A DNA stretch of 63,422 nt, counting the filler, from Octopus bimaculoides (taxonomy: Eukaryota), in NCBI RefSeq assembly GCF_001194135.2. It is 4 parts of 3 records of this genome, joined end to end, with 100 filler letters (N's around TTAATTAATTAA, not from the genome) between each part and the next. Parts side by side here need not be neighbours in the genome. Positions count along the whole stretch, not along the records: positions 38,178 to 60,479 come from NC_068983.1; positions 60,580 to 63,422 come from NC_069009.1; 2 more parts are not named here. One strand, given 5' to 3'. The translations under genes were made by a program, and so were the position numbers. A model generated the notes under the pieces. The model was not told the DNA's origin and did not search any database. It was given only the letters and a program-made list of their open reading frames with translations. The first letter of the stretch is position 1. Each line of letters begins with the position of its first letter. This document shows positions 52,844 to 63,422 of the stretch, piece after piece.

Positions 52844-53523
52844 ATGTATGCTTTTATTATTTTATGCTGTTCCGCTTCTGTATTTCTGCATTTCATACCA
52901 ACAGTGAAAGCTGGAAATGAAATCCTAAACGGAGATTTCGAAGAAATGAATTCATTTAGTCAACCAACTGGCTGGAAGGCTATTGGTTGCAAGCTGGTTA
53001 CATCAGAAGCAACAAAAGCATCCGGTGACAGAAGCGCTGTAGTCACAAGTCGAGCCGGTTACTGGGCAGGACCACGTCAGGTTATCAATGGTACACAACT
53101 TGCTGGAAAGCGGTTTATCATAGCCGCCTGGGTTAGACTGGGGGCCACAAACGACATCACAAACAAGAGCACAATAAGCAATGGTCTTTTAACTGAGAAA
53201 GAGAATAGTTTCTCTGGTAGACATAGAGGCTATCGTATTCAGATTGTAGCGAAATACAAAAACGGATCAAAAGAGATTTATGACGTTATTGGCTCAATAA
53301 GAGCAATACACGAAGAATGGCGCCAGATTATTGAAAATCATGTGTTTCCTAAAGCATTAACGGGATTAGTAACTATTTTCGTTCAAGGAGAATACGGCAT
53401 ATTCCCATATTTCGATTTCTATGTCGACGATATATCCATTAGAAGTTGGAAGGCACCGGAAGGTTGGCGAGAGGAGGCTAACCGGCGAATCCAAAAGTAT
53501 CGACAACGTGAAGTGGAATTAGT
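52844..53523 (+). CDS. Coding exon 1 of a secreted CBM (CBM_4_9/CBM22-like) + probable GH10 endo-1,4-beta-xylanase
   Basis: Clean 227-codon non-repetitive ORF. Hydrophobic N-terminus (MYAFIILCCSASVFLHFIPTVKA), then NEILNGDFE...GW...RAGYWAGPRQ...FYVDDISI (CBM4/9/22 fold motifs), then WREEANRRIQKYRQREV, the helix that precedes GH10 catalytic domains in plant and mollusc xylanases. It ends at a canonical donor GT|gtaagt (53524), phase 2. The catalytic domain is not in the window, so GH10 is inferred. Confidence 0.8.
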
Positions 53524-53749
53524 GTAAGTACCAGTAAATATTTTATCAATTATATATTGATTTGTTAGCACTTATTAGTAAACTCCGCTAAGTCCAAGTC
53601 GCGAGCCCAGTTGAATGTGAGATTAATATTATGGCGATTAAATAGCCGAATGTCTGAGATGAACCTTTTGTTAATATGATTATAATTTTTCTGGTTATTA
53701 AACCTCATTTTCCAGAGATGGACATAGATAAAATAATATTTACACCTCA

Positions 53750-53908
53750 CTTTATTTACATTATTTACATTTGACGGATATTTATCCTCATCTTGTTTGT
53801 TGTTAACACAACGTTTACTTTGACCACAGGCCGATGTACTCTCCAGCCTTCATCAAGTGTCCTGGGAGAATTTCGAACCTGGGTTCTCATTCCTAAGGTT
53901 TTTTCCGA

Positions 53909-53984
<76 letters not shown>

Positions 53985-54255
53985 CCTTAAGAATGAGAAC
54001 CCACGTTCAAAATTCTCCCCAGGCACCTGATGAAGGTTAGAGAGTACATACATCAGCCGAAACGTTGTGTTAACAACAAACAAGATGAGGACAAATATCC
54101 GTCAAATGTATATCATGTAAATAATGTACATAATTCCGCATCTCTCAAATATAGAACTGTATTTACATCTCTGTGTTCCGATCCGTTTCATCTCCAAATT
54201 GTCATCGGATCCCTCACTTCCAGATGTGTACATAGCACAAAACTGAATTCTATCT
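53750..54255. mobile_element. Head-to-head inverted pair of a hammerhead-bearing (Penelope-like terminal) repeat around (TTA)n
   Basis: 53750-53898 is the reverse complement of about 53985-54135 (ccttargaatgagaacccasg...aaacgttgtgttaacaacaaacaagatgagga.aaatatccgtcaaatgta). The arms are separated by (TTA)n at about 53909-53983. Confidence 0.7.
54022..54070 (+). ncRNA. Degenerate minimal hammerhead motif in a Penelope-like terminal repeat
   Basis: gcac-CTGATGA-aggtta...cagcc-GAAA-cg-TT-gtgt: core present, 4-bp stem I, palindromic AACGTT stem III, imperfect stem II. Confidence 0.5.
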
Positions 54256-54269
54256 AGGAACCTTTATTA

Positions 54270-54660
54270 AGGCGTAGGATTGGCTGTGTGGTAAGTAGCT
54301 TGCATGGTTCCGGGTTCAGTCTCACTGCGTGGCACCTTGGGCAAGTGTCTTCTACTATAGCCTCGGGCCGACCAAAGCCTTGTCAGTGGATTTGGTAGAC
54401 GGAAACTGAAAGAATCCCGTCGTATATATGTATGTATGTATGTGTTTATATGTTTGTGTGTTTGTGTTTGTACCCCCAACATTGCTTGACAACCGATGCT
54501 GGTGTGTTTACGTCCCCGTAACTTAGCGTTTCGGCAAAAGAGACCGATAGAATAAGTACTAGGCTTACAAAGAATAAGTCCTGGGGTCGATTTATTCGAC
54601 TAAAGGCGGTGCTCCAGCATGGCCACAGTCAAATGACTGAAACATGTAAAAGAGTAAAAA
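54270..54660 (+). mobile_element. tRNA-derived SINE family A, near full length. Other copies at about 7250-7660 +, 15093-15413 +, 31130-31560 -, 46655-46797 +, 50830-51375 +, 58030-58400 -
   Basis: Shared body tggctgtgtggtaagtagcttg...ggttcagtc.cactgcgtggcaccttgggcaag...ggtagacggaaactgaaaga-(microsatellite)-gcttgacaaccgatg...gtactaggcttacaaagaataagtcc...ctccagcatggcc.cagtcaaatgactgaaac recurs in all listed copies. Confidence 0.9.
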
Positions 54661-55632
54661 AATGAATGAAGAATCCTAACGTTCTTGTTAACTTATATAT
54701 GCTCCAGTAGTCGAATCCAATATTTTTAACTGGAGTGTTGGGGAACCGTAAAACTTGAAAAGTAAGTAGCTAAATTGTCACGTGTTTAATAAAAAAACAA
54801 AGTTTTAAAGTTATTAAGCGCATCGGATACTATATCAACGAAAGGAGAATTGGAGAATTATATGGAAGCAAACTCAATTGATAAAAATGGAAGGATGGGG
54901 AATAAAAGATTTCACTATTTTTGCGAGGACAACTAATTATCAGTTTGAGAACGATTGGTCAAATGGATAAACTCTACCACTCTTCGCTTAGAAATAAAAG
55001 TTCTCAATTTGAATCCAATTCAGTAGTATATGCACATCCAGGAACGGGATATTTGAAGACAGTCGAATATCTAACTGATCTAAACATTGCGTGGATGAAA
55101 AGTTATCAAATACTACCTAAAATGATAACGTTAATAGTTCGACGTTCGACAAGCTTTGAGCTTTGGAAAGGTTAATCTAATATTGTAAGTACAAAATGTT
55201 ACTAGTTTCCTATAGCCCCAGGTAAATCTAGATCGACACGGCCCATGATCAAAGGAATTCCATCTATGATCATTAAATGTGTGTATATTTTCGGAAATAG
55301 TGAATCTGGGACTATGTTATTTCATATCTTCTTCGTTTCTTAAGGCAACAATAGAGTGCAGATTAAGGCAGCAATATAACATTATAAAAGGTGTCAATTT
55401 TAAGACAGCAGGGTGTGATTTTAGGGAAATTCGGTTGCTATTTCTAGCAAGACGAGGGACTGATGATATATTTATTATTGTAGTTTAGTCCCAGGTCAAT
55501 CATAATGGAACAGAATTATGATGAAAGTTACTTCAGTGGGAACACTTAAGTGTTTTTCTGATGAGCAGGGAACATAAAATGATATATGTGAGTTTGTTGT
55601 AATGTTTATTCGTTGGTATTAACCTATCAAAA

Positions 55633-56017
55633 GGTGGAGGCGCAATGGCCCAGTGGTTAGGGCAGCGGACTCGCGGTCATAAGATCGAGGTTTCGATTCC
55701 CAGACAGGGCGTTGTGAACGTTTATTGAGCGAAAACATCTAAAGCTCCACGAGGCTCCGGCAGGGCATGGTGGCGAACCCTGCTGTACTCTTTCACCACA
55801 ACTTTCTCTCGCTCTTACTTCCTGTTTCTGTTGTGCCTGTAATTCAAAGGGTCAGCCTTGTCACACTGTGTCACGCTGAATATCCCCGAGAACTACATTA
55901 AGGGTACACGTGTCTGTGGAGTGCTCAGCCACTTGCACGTTAATTTCACGAGCAGGCTGTTCCGTTGATCGGATCAACTGGAACCCTCGACGTCGTAAGC
56001 GACGGAGTGCCAACAAC
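55633..56017 (+). mobile_element. tRNA-derived SINE family C, full length with a perfect 12-bp TSD
   Basis: A box tggcccagtgg, B box ggtttcgattcc, (CAA)n tail, and aacctatcaaaa at 55621-55632 and 56018-56029. Confidence 0.92.
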
Positions 56018-59014
56018 AACCTATCAAAAACAACGAAAAACAGATTTGGCTCTCAGAAATACATACTCGTTTTACACTCGACCATTAATTCCTTGTTTTT
56101 CTTCCCCAACCACCTTTTGTAATTTATTCTCCAGTTTTCTCTTTTCTTTTCTGTCATTTTGTTTTTCGACGAAGGACAAGTAAAGTATTCGAAATGTACC
56201 GTAATGTCTTCTTTTTGTGTTCATTGCATTCATAATATAAAATCTAATCTCACTATCAAATACTCTATCTGGAAGACTGTAAGCATAAACACGACACACA
56301 TTTTCGCTTCTGGACTTGCACTGTCTACTCAGTTTTGGCCAACATTTGTCTATTTAGCTCAAGATCTACGAACGCACAGCAGGTAGTAGCGGTAGAAATT
56401 ATTTTCCTACTACTATTGATGAATTCTTGCTGCGTGCACTTGTGATTGAGTGTGTGTGATTTAGTGATTAAAAAGTGGAAACGATCCGATTTATCCCTAA
56501 TACATGTTTGAATGGCATCTTCATCAGTTTCTCCTTGAATAAAAGGTAACTTAACCTTAGACACAGTTGAGCTTAAACAAACTAATTAAAAAAACACTTT
56601 ATTTAACATAATGCATACTTAACCCGAAATTTTATGATGTGTCAGTTACTGAAAAATTCGTAAGGGTGCCGTGTCTACACCACCTGTTTTCGTCTTTTGT
56701 TGTTTTTTGTTTTTTTTTGTGAATTCTCCCCTATGATGTATCTTAGGCTGTTCTTTTAAAACCTGGCAGAGCCTTCTCCAGATCAGACCACTGGGGAGAG
56801 AGAGGGAGGGAGCGAAGAGAGAGAGAGAGAGAGAGGGNNNNNNNNNNNNNNNNNNNNNNNNNNNNNNNNNNNNNNNNNNNNNNNNNNNNNNNNNNNNNNN
56901 NNNNNNNNNNNNNNNNNNNNNNNNNNNNNNNNNNNNNNNNNNNNNNNNNNNNNNNNNNNNNNNNNNNNNNNNNNNNNNNNNNNNNNNNNNNNNNNNNNNN
57001 NNNNNNNNNNNNNNNNNNNNNNNNNNNNNNNNNNNNNNNNNNNNNNNNNNNNNNNNNNNNNNNNNNNNNNNNNNNNNNNNNNNNNNNNNNNNNCAGGTTA
57101 CAGAGCTCTGCTGAGCACTCGGAAGACAACATATATCCATATATAAATAGACATGATCACAGAGAAAATAGATAAACATATTCATTATAACGGATGTATG
57201 TATGTATGTATGTATGTATGTATGTATGTATGTTGTCGTCTATTCTAACTATTTGAAGCCTTCCTGTAAGAAAGAAACTGTTTTCCAGCAACGATAAAAA
57301 AGCTCCATTGTTGCAAAACAAAACAAAAGAAAAAAAACAAACAAAAACAAAAACATTGTTATATGGTGATTGAGAAGATTCTTACATATTTTTACTGTTC
57401 CGCTTACTGTTCGATATGTAATGGACGTGAAACTCTTTCCTTTTCTTATTGTTACTTAAACATTTACTATGTATGTATGTATGTATGTATGTATGTATGT
57501 TACGGCACTCTTAGTGCTACTGTTAACATGTAACCCAGTACAACTTGTCACGTCATCGAAACGTCGGCAACAAAACCGGCAACCCTACCAAAAACTGCTT
57601 TGTAAGGAAGGTGGTTTTCGTTAGACATCCTTCACAGGATGAAAAACAAAACATTTCAAAGAATGGATGAACTCACCGAGTGCCAACAATCATCCAACAA
57701 CTGGAGTGAGAGAACCTTAGTCTGTTTAAACATCTCTCTGGGAGAGGAAAATTCCAAAATAACACCCACCTCATTACGAAGCTGGAGATTACTTGCTTGT
57801 TTCTGGAATACTTAATTTTAAAGTTGAGTCTTAGTGGTGTTGTGCGAGCTGTTATTGACTTTATATTTTAGCACAGTCACTGCAGAGAGCCATTGCTTTT
57901 AACATGTAAGGTAAGATAATTTGTCAGTGATGGACATACTCGTCTACGAGTTGACAGCAATCATGTATGCAGGGCTGCGTGTATGTCGTACGTTTTGTGT
58001 TTTTGTGTGTGTATTCTTTTATTCCTTTTCTTGTTTCAGTCATTTGACTGTGGCCATGCTGGAGCACCACTTTAAGGGGTTTTAGTCGAACAAATCGACC
58101 TCAGGACTTTTTCTTTGTAAGCCTAGTACTTGTTCTATCGTTGTCTGAAAGTTCGGGAATGTAAACATACTAGCACACACACACATGCGACTGGCTTCTT
58201 TCAGTTTCCGTCAATCAAATACACTCNNNNNNNNNNATGCGACTGGCTTCTTTCAGTTTCCGTCAATCAAATACACTCACAAGGCTTTGGTCAGCCCAAG
58301 GCTATAATAGAAGACACTTGCCCAAAGCACCATGCAATGGGTCTGAACCCGGAACCAAGTGGTTGGAAAGCAAGTTTCTTACTACACAGCCACGCTTGCA
58401 CCTAGTACTTACCATTTATTTATTTATTTTTTTTTTTGGTTTGCACGATCATTAATGTGTCTAGACAGAGTCGTCACGCCAATATTAATAATACACGCAT
58501 CAATTCAGTTCCACTTCTTTATTATTAGTCACACAGTTAAATATCTATCCAACTAACTTGCCATTGTTATTCTTCAATCCAAAACATACTCTGATTAGTA
58601 GAGCAGAAAGATGTTTCAGCTGTAACCGTCTTAATCAGAGACTATGCTGTTTATTGTGACTTGGGGAGGGGGTGTGTGCTTATAAATGTCTAGGTGTAGT
58701 TAAAGAAAATTGGCTACTATTTCTAGCGGGCAGATCCGCCACATTGAGACTCCCACTTTGGCACAGATTTTCTTTAATTCTTTCTATATATAATTTATAT
58801 TGAAGGCGGTGAGCTGGCAGAATCGTTAGCACACCGGGCACAATGCTTAGCGGCATGTCGTCCGCATTGGTGTTCTGAATTCAAATTCCGCCGAGGTCGA
58901 CCTTGCATTTCATCCTTTCGAGATCGATGAATTAAGAATCAGTGAAGACCTAGTGTCGATGTAATTGACTAATTCCTTCCCCACAAAATTTCAGGCCTTG
59001 AACCTATAGTAGAA

Positions 59015-59679
59015 AGGGGATTAGTGTGTATGTGTATATATAACGACGACCACTACGTGGACAGTTAATGTGCTAGATGAAGATCACATGTAATGTGTCT
59101 AATAAGACCGAACGGTTCTCAAATGAAATTCAGCGAAATACCAAACCGTATGCGGGCAAGACAGTGAAAATTACATAAATAAAAGATTATTATTCGTGGA
59201 CCGGTTTCGAAATTAATATCCTCCTACCGAAAATATCTGTCTCTCTTCAGCACGAACTGTAAGGAAATCATAATTCTCAGAATCCTATACAAGTTGTTCA
59301 CCCCTAGAGGCGAACGTGTATATGGTTCTGCTAATTACAACTCAGTGGTAAAATTCAAATGTCTTCGTTTTGGCGCGCTAATTCTGGAAATATGTCTGCA
59401 GAAAATGGTTACTGCGTCGCATATATCCACTTTGAGAACTTAGTTATGGTTAATCAAATTAAAACATAGGGTAAAAAATCAGATATTAATTAATATCGAT
59501 TTATTACCAGGAAGCCAGCACATTGAAAGAATCAGAGAGATTCAGAAAAAATATCTGAGATCTCAGGGGATTAGTGTGTATGTGTATATATAACGATGAT
59601 CACTACGTGGACAGTTAATGTGCTAGAAGAGGATCACATGTGATGTGTCTACTAAGACCTAATGGTTCTCAAATGAAAT
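59015..59679. repeat. 115-bp direct repeats (59015-59129, 59565-59679) with a 550-bp period enclosing the hammerhead
   Basis: Ungapped hand alignment gives 8 mismatches in 115 nt. Confidence 0.9.
59194..59256 (-). ncRNA. Minimal type I hammerhead ribozyme (Penelope/retrozyme type)
   Basis: The reverse complement reads UUCGUG-CUGAAGA-G[stem II]C-GAAA-CCGG-UC-CACGAA. It has a 6-bp stem I, an intact CUGANGA and GAAA core, a GUC cleavage triplet, a palindromic stem III (ACCGGU) and an extendable stem II. Confidence 0.75.
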
Positions 59680-59819
59680 ATATATATATATGAATAAATA
59701 TATACAGATAGATATGTATGTACACACACACACCTATATATATAATTAAGATCTATCTATCTATCTATCTAACCATCTATATGCTATTTGTTGTTCTAAA
59801 CCTTTTCAATCTATTTCAG

Positions 59820-59856
59820 ACTGGAAGGAGTTACGTGGAACCAAATGAAAACTGAG
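59820..59856 (+). CDS. Coding exon 2 of the CBM/GH10 gene (37 nt; V-LEGVTWNQMKTE)
   Basis: Polypyrimidine acceptor ccttttcaatctatttcag| and donor GAG|gtaaat. The phase-2 start completes GT+A=Val from exon 1 and the frame stays open. Confidence 0.65.
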
Positions 59857-60589
59857 GTAAATTTTGAATTATATAAAAATAACATTATTATTAGTCACAA
59901 GATTGTCGAATACGGCTTTGTTATACGACGCCGTATTTTACAATCCTATGAATAATAATAATGGTATTTTTATATAAGCTTATATATATGTAAGGACGAC
60001 CGTGCGAACTCAAAAAGGAGAAATGGTGACGGATGGAAAAACAGAGGACTCCTTTTATTTAAACGTGTCACACGGTCGAACACAAAAATATATATATCAA
60101 AGACGATATATATGGTATGTTATGCTATGATAACATAGATGACCAGTAATGAAAGACCACATTAGATGAATAACAGAGATATTTATTATGGCGTTAAAGA
60201 TTTATGTCTGTGAGTGAGTGTGAATGCGACATATAATAACATAATCAAAGACAGGCCGTCGTACAAAGAAAAGTATGTATGTGAGTGATACATGTATGTG
60301 TATGTGAAATATTACAGCAGAGAAAGAGTCAGTAAATAACACGTGAGCATTTTATACCAGTTCTTGTGTACCCAATAGTATGAGTCTGTATCTGAAGTGA
60401 AGGGGCTGAGTGTGGCAGAGCTGATCACTAGTTGTGATGTCGTGGCATCGATGCCGGGCCGTGATTCTTGTTATACAGANNNNNNNNNNNNNNNNNNNNN
60501 NNNNNNNNNNNNNNNNNNNNNNNTTAATTAATTAANNNNNNNNNNNNNNNNNNNNNNNNNNNNNNNNNNNNNNNNNNNNTACACTACAG

Positions 60590-61095
60590 CAGTGGTTCCC
60601 AAACATTTCTGGGCTACCCAGGCCATATTCCCAGTGCCCCCACCCCAACTAACCATCGTAAGTATAGACCTCTTTCAGAAGCAAATTCAAAGCAACTGTC
60701 ATCATCATCATCATCGTTTAACATCCGCTTTCCATGCTAGCATGGGTTGGATGATTTGACTAAGGACTGGTGAAACCAGATGGCTACACCAGGCTCCAAT
60801 CTGATCTGGCAGAGTTTCTACAGCTGAATGCCCGTCCTAACGCCAACCACTCCGAGAGTGTAGTGGGTGCTTTTACGTGTCACCCGCACGAAGGCCAGTC
60901 AGGCGGTACTGGCAACGGCCATGCTCGAAATGGTGTATTTTATGTGCCATGAAAAAGAACTTAACCTAACAAACCCATTATTTTGTTGTTTTCACATGAA
61001 TCGTTACCCCTTTATCACCCCACTTTTTTTCAACGCCCCCTTGGAACTTTCCACTGCTCCCAGGAGGGCAGTACCGCCCACTTTGGGAACCACTG
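60590..61095. mobile_element. hAT MITE with perfect 14-bp TIRs and a perfect 8-bp TSD
   Basis: cactacag|CAGTGGTTCCCAAA ... TTTGGGAACCACTG|cactacag. Confidence 0.92.
60700..60950 (-). mobile_element. Short retroposon family E with a (GAT)n tail, nested in the hAT MITE. Second copy at about 61640-61930
   Basis: (cat)n-cgtttaac.tccgctttccatgctagcatgggttgga.gatttgact.aggactgg...caggctccaat...ggcagagtttctacagctg occurs at both sites. Confidence 0.8.
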
Positions 61096-62265
61096 CACTA
61101 CAGCAAACACTGTGTTATATACACTCTATAAAAACTGTACACTACAACAGACATATTATATAGACTGTACACTCTGTTTGCCCAATATATTACAGCAGGC
61201 ATAGTTATACACACTTTACATATATATTGTATTATATACTCTGCACACTGTTTAAATACCATACACTGCAGTAGGCACTGCGTTATATATATATATATAT
61301 ATATATAGGTAAGTGATAGGTTTGCCTCGATCCTTCAGGGGTAGTCTGAAGCATCCAAGCAACCAGGGGATGTTTAAATCCGGAGGCACTCCTGGGGATC
61401 ACCTGTATGGGTACTGTCTTGGGAAGAGGGCATCCAGAGGCAGGTAATTTATTGCTTAAACCGTAGTTTATGTATTTATGTGGAGAATGGAGCAACAAAT
61501 ACAAGAAAAAGCAATATTGTTGGACTAGATAGCCGTTGTTTTATTACGTGGAACTTGTGTAATGAGTCAATGTGGAGGTTGAGGTTATGTAATGAGTCAT
61601 TTTGTATATTATGCAATAGTCATTTACGTACGTATATATATCATCATCATCATCATCATCGTCGTCGTTTAACGTCCGCTTTCCATGCTAGCATGGGTTG
61701 GACGATTTGACTGAGGACTGGNNNNNNNNNNNNNNNNNNNNNNNNNNNNNNNNNNNNNNNNNNNNNNNNNNNNNCAGGCTCCAATCCAATTTGGCAGAGT
61801 TTCTACAGCTGGATGCTCTTCCTAACGCCAACCACTCAGAGAGTGTAGTGGGTGCTTTTACAAGAGCCAGTCCAGGGGCACTGGCAACAATCTCGCTCGA
61901 AAACCCTACAAAGGCCAGTCAGGCGGTAATATATATATATAAATATGTCTGTATATATACACACACACACTCATGGTGGTCAATTTTTGTTTATGAACTT
62001 CTCTTGCAAAGTATTGGTCAGCTTAGGATCACTGGCCATAAACTAACATAATGCAGTACTAATAAGAGCTAGCCAATAGTCACTGAGATAGATACAGTTC
62101 AGTAAAACAATGAAGGTGCTTAATGGTTGGGATGCATTAGTTTGCATTATCTCACCCCAGTGCATTATATGCTAAAGACCAGCCAAGATTCTTGATTACA
62201 AACATGTATAGGTAGAATTATCAAATGGAGAATGTCAAATTTAACTTAATATATATATATATTTC

Positions 62266-62502
62266 TACAGGTTTGATAAAAAGTCTCCTGACAGTAAATC
62301 AAAACCATTTAATTCCAAGATTTATTTATGTTTAACAACTGAATGAATTTAATAAAAAGCATCTAAATATGAAACATCATGAAAATTGTTCAAACTGAAG
62401 TCCTTCCTGAGTGATACATTTTACCGTTTGAGTCAAAACAGAATTACAAATAGTATTGATGGAATTTTGATTTACTGTCGGGTGACTTTTGGCCAACCTG
62501 TA
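62266..62502. mobile_element. Tc1/mariner-type MITE (about 38-bp imperfect TIRs, TA ends)
   Basis: Left end tacaggtttgataaaaagtctcctgacagtaaatcaaaa. The reverse complement of the right end is tacaggttggccaaaagtcacccgacagtaaatcaaaa. Confidence 0.85.
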
Positions 62503-63323
62503 TATACACACACACACACACTGTAGATTGTTATATATGTGAGGGCGCCTGGCCTAGTGATTAGGGTGTTTCTCTGATGATGACACAATTGTGGTTTCAA
62601 ATCTCAGACTAGGCAGTGTGTTGTGTTGTTGAGTAAACGGAAACATTTCGTTTTGCATTGCTCTTTAGTCCACCTCACGTTGTAGGACTTTGAATAAAGG
62701 TGCTTTGACTAATGACTTGTTGAAAGTATCTAGATGCGAATGTAATTGCTAGGTGTCTACACAGCAGAAACGTGCGTCGGACAAAGTTAAATCAAAATAT
62801 GCTGTCATTAATTGTAGAAATAATAATTTTAAAAAATTGTGCTGATGTACTAATCTCCACATTCATTGGATATATATTTGGTTAAATAAATGAGCCAAGC
62901 GGAACCCAGAATTTACCCATAGAGTGGGATTGCTTGCCTCAAGTAATTCTAGGTTCTCATTACAACTCAATGCAGTTAGCCTTAATCTGGATTATAACTA
63001 AGTGCTTGAATGGTATCCACCTGGATATTGTATTCCTACCTCTCACTTTCTCTCATATATTGTATCCGTATCTATCTATCTATCTATCTGTGTATCTGTC
63101 TATCTATTTATCTGTGTATCTATCTATCTGTCTGTCTGTCTATCTATCTGTCTATCTATCTATCTCTCTATCCATCTGTCTGTTTACACACATTCTTTCT
63201 CTCATATATTGTATCCCTATTTGTCTATCTATCTATCTATCTACACACACACACACACACACACACTCTCTCTCTCTCCCTCCCTCCCTCTATTAATGCT
63301 GTGTATTTTCTCTGTATTTCCAG

Positions 63324-63422
63324 ATCTGTGATAGAGAGTGCAGAGAAGGCCATAACAGAGAAACGCCTGAAGCCCTCCATGTTACCCCCACGCAAGGTCT
63401 ACGTCGATGACAAGGACACCCG
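63324..63422 (+). CDS. Candidate exon of an unidentified gene ([32 protein letters not shown]...), running off the window
   Basis: Strong acceptor gtgtattttctctgtatttccag| and non-repetitive, GC-richer sequence. Only the phase-2 frame is open to the window end. It is not compatible with the phase-0 end of xylanase exon 2. Confidence 0.45.

Noticed and set aside
59989-60477. Solo LTR (TG...CA)
   Set aside because: The terminal inverted match is weak, no TSD is visible and the right edge is at a gap.

Overview
AT-rich, microsatellite-saturated eukaryotic (animal) genomic DNA with many assembly gaps. The SINE families and repeat landscape look like a coleoid cephalopod, probably Octopus; this is inferred from recalled repeat motifs, not from a search. 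Nearly all ORFs in the track are microsatellite or gap artefacts. One host gene is well supported: the first two coding exons of a secreted carbohydrate-binding-module (CBM4/9/22-type) + probable GH10 endo-xylanase (52844-53523, 59820-59856, + strand). Two weaker splice models are proposed: a small Cys-rich peptide gene on the - strand (3923-5343) and a possible second + strand gene whose exons interleave with the xylanase. The rest is decayed mobile DNA: mariner, hAT and Tc1-type MITEs, a Chapaev-like transposase, a Helitron, Penelope-like elements, R4/Dong, RTE and L1/Tx1 LINEs, a Ty3/Gypsy remnant and several tRNA-derived SINE families. The most notable observation is a hammerhead ribozyme with an intact core (59194-59256, - strand) inside a 550-bp unit bounded by 115-bp direct repeats, resembling a retrozyme or circular-RNA-derived insertion. 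Also notable are an inverted pair of hammerhead-bearing repeats in the xylanase intron and an RTE LINE with a precise twin-priming-type 5' inversion. No CRISPR array, rRNA or genuine tRNA gene was found.
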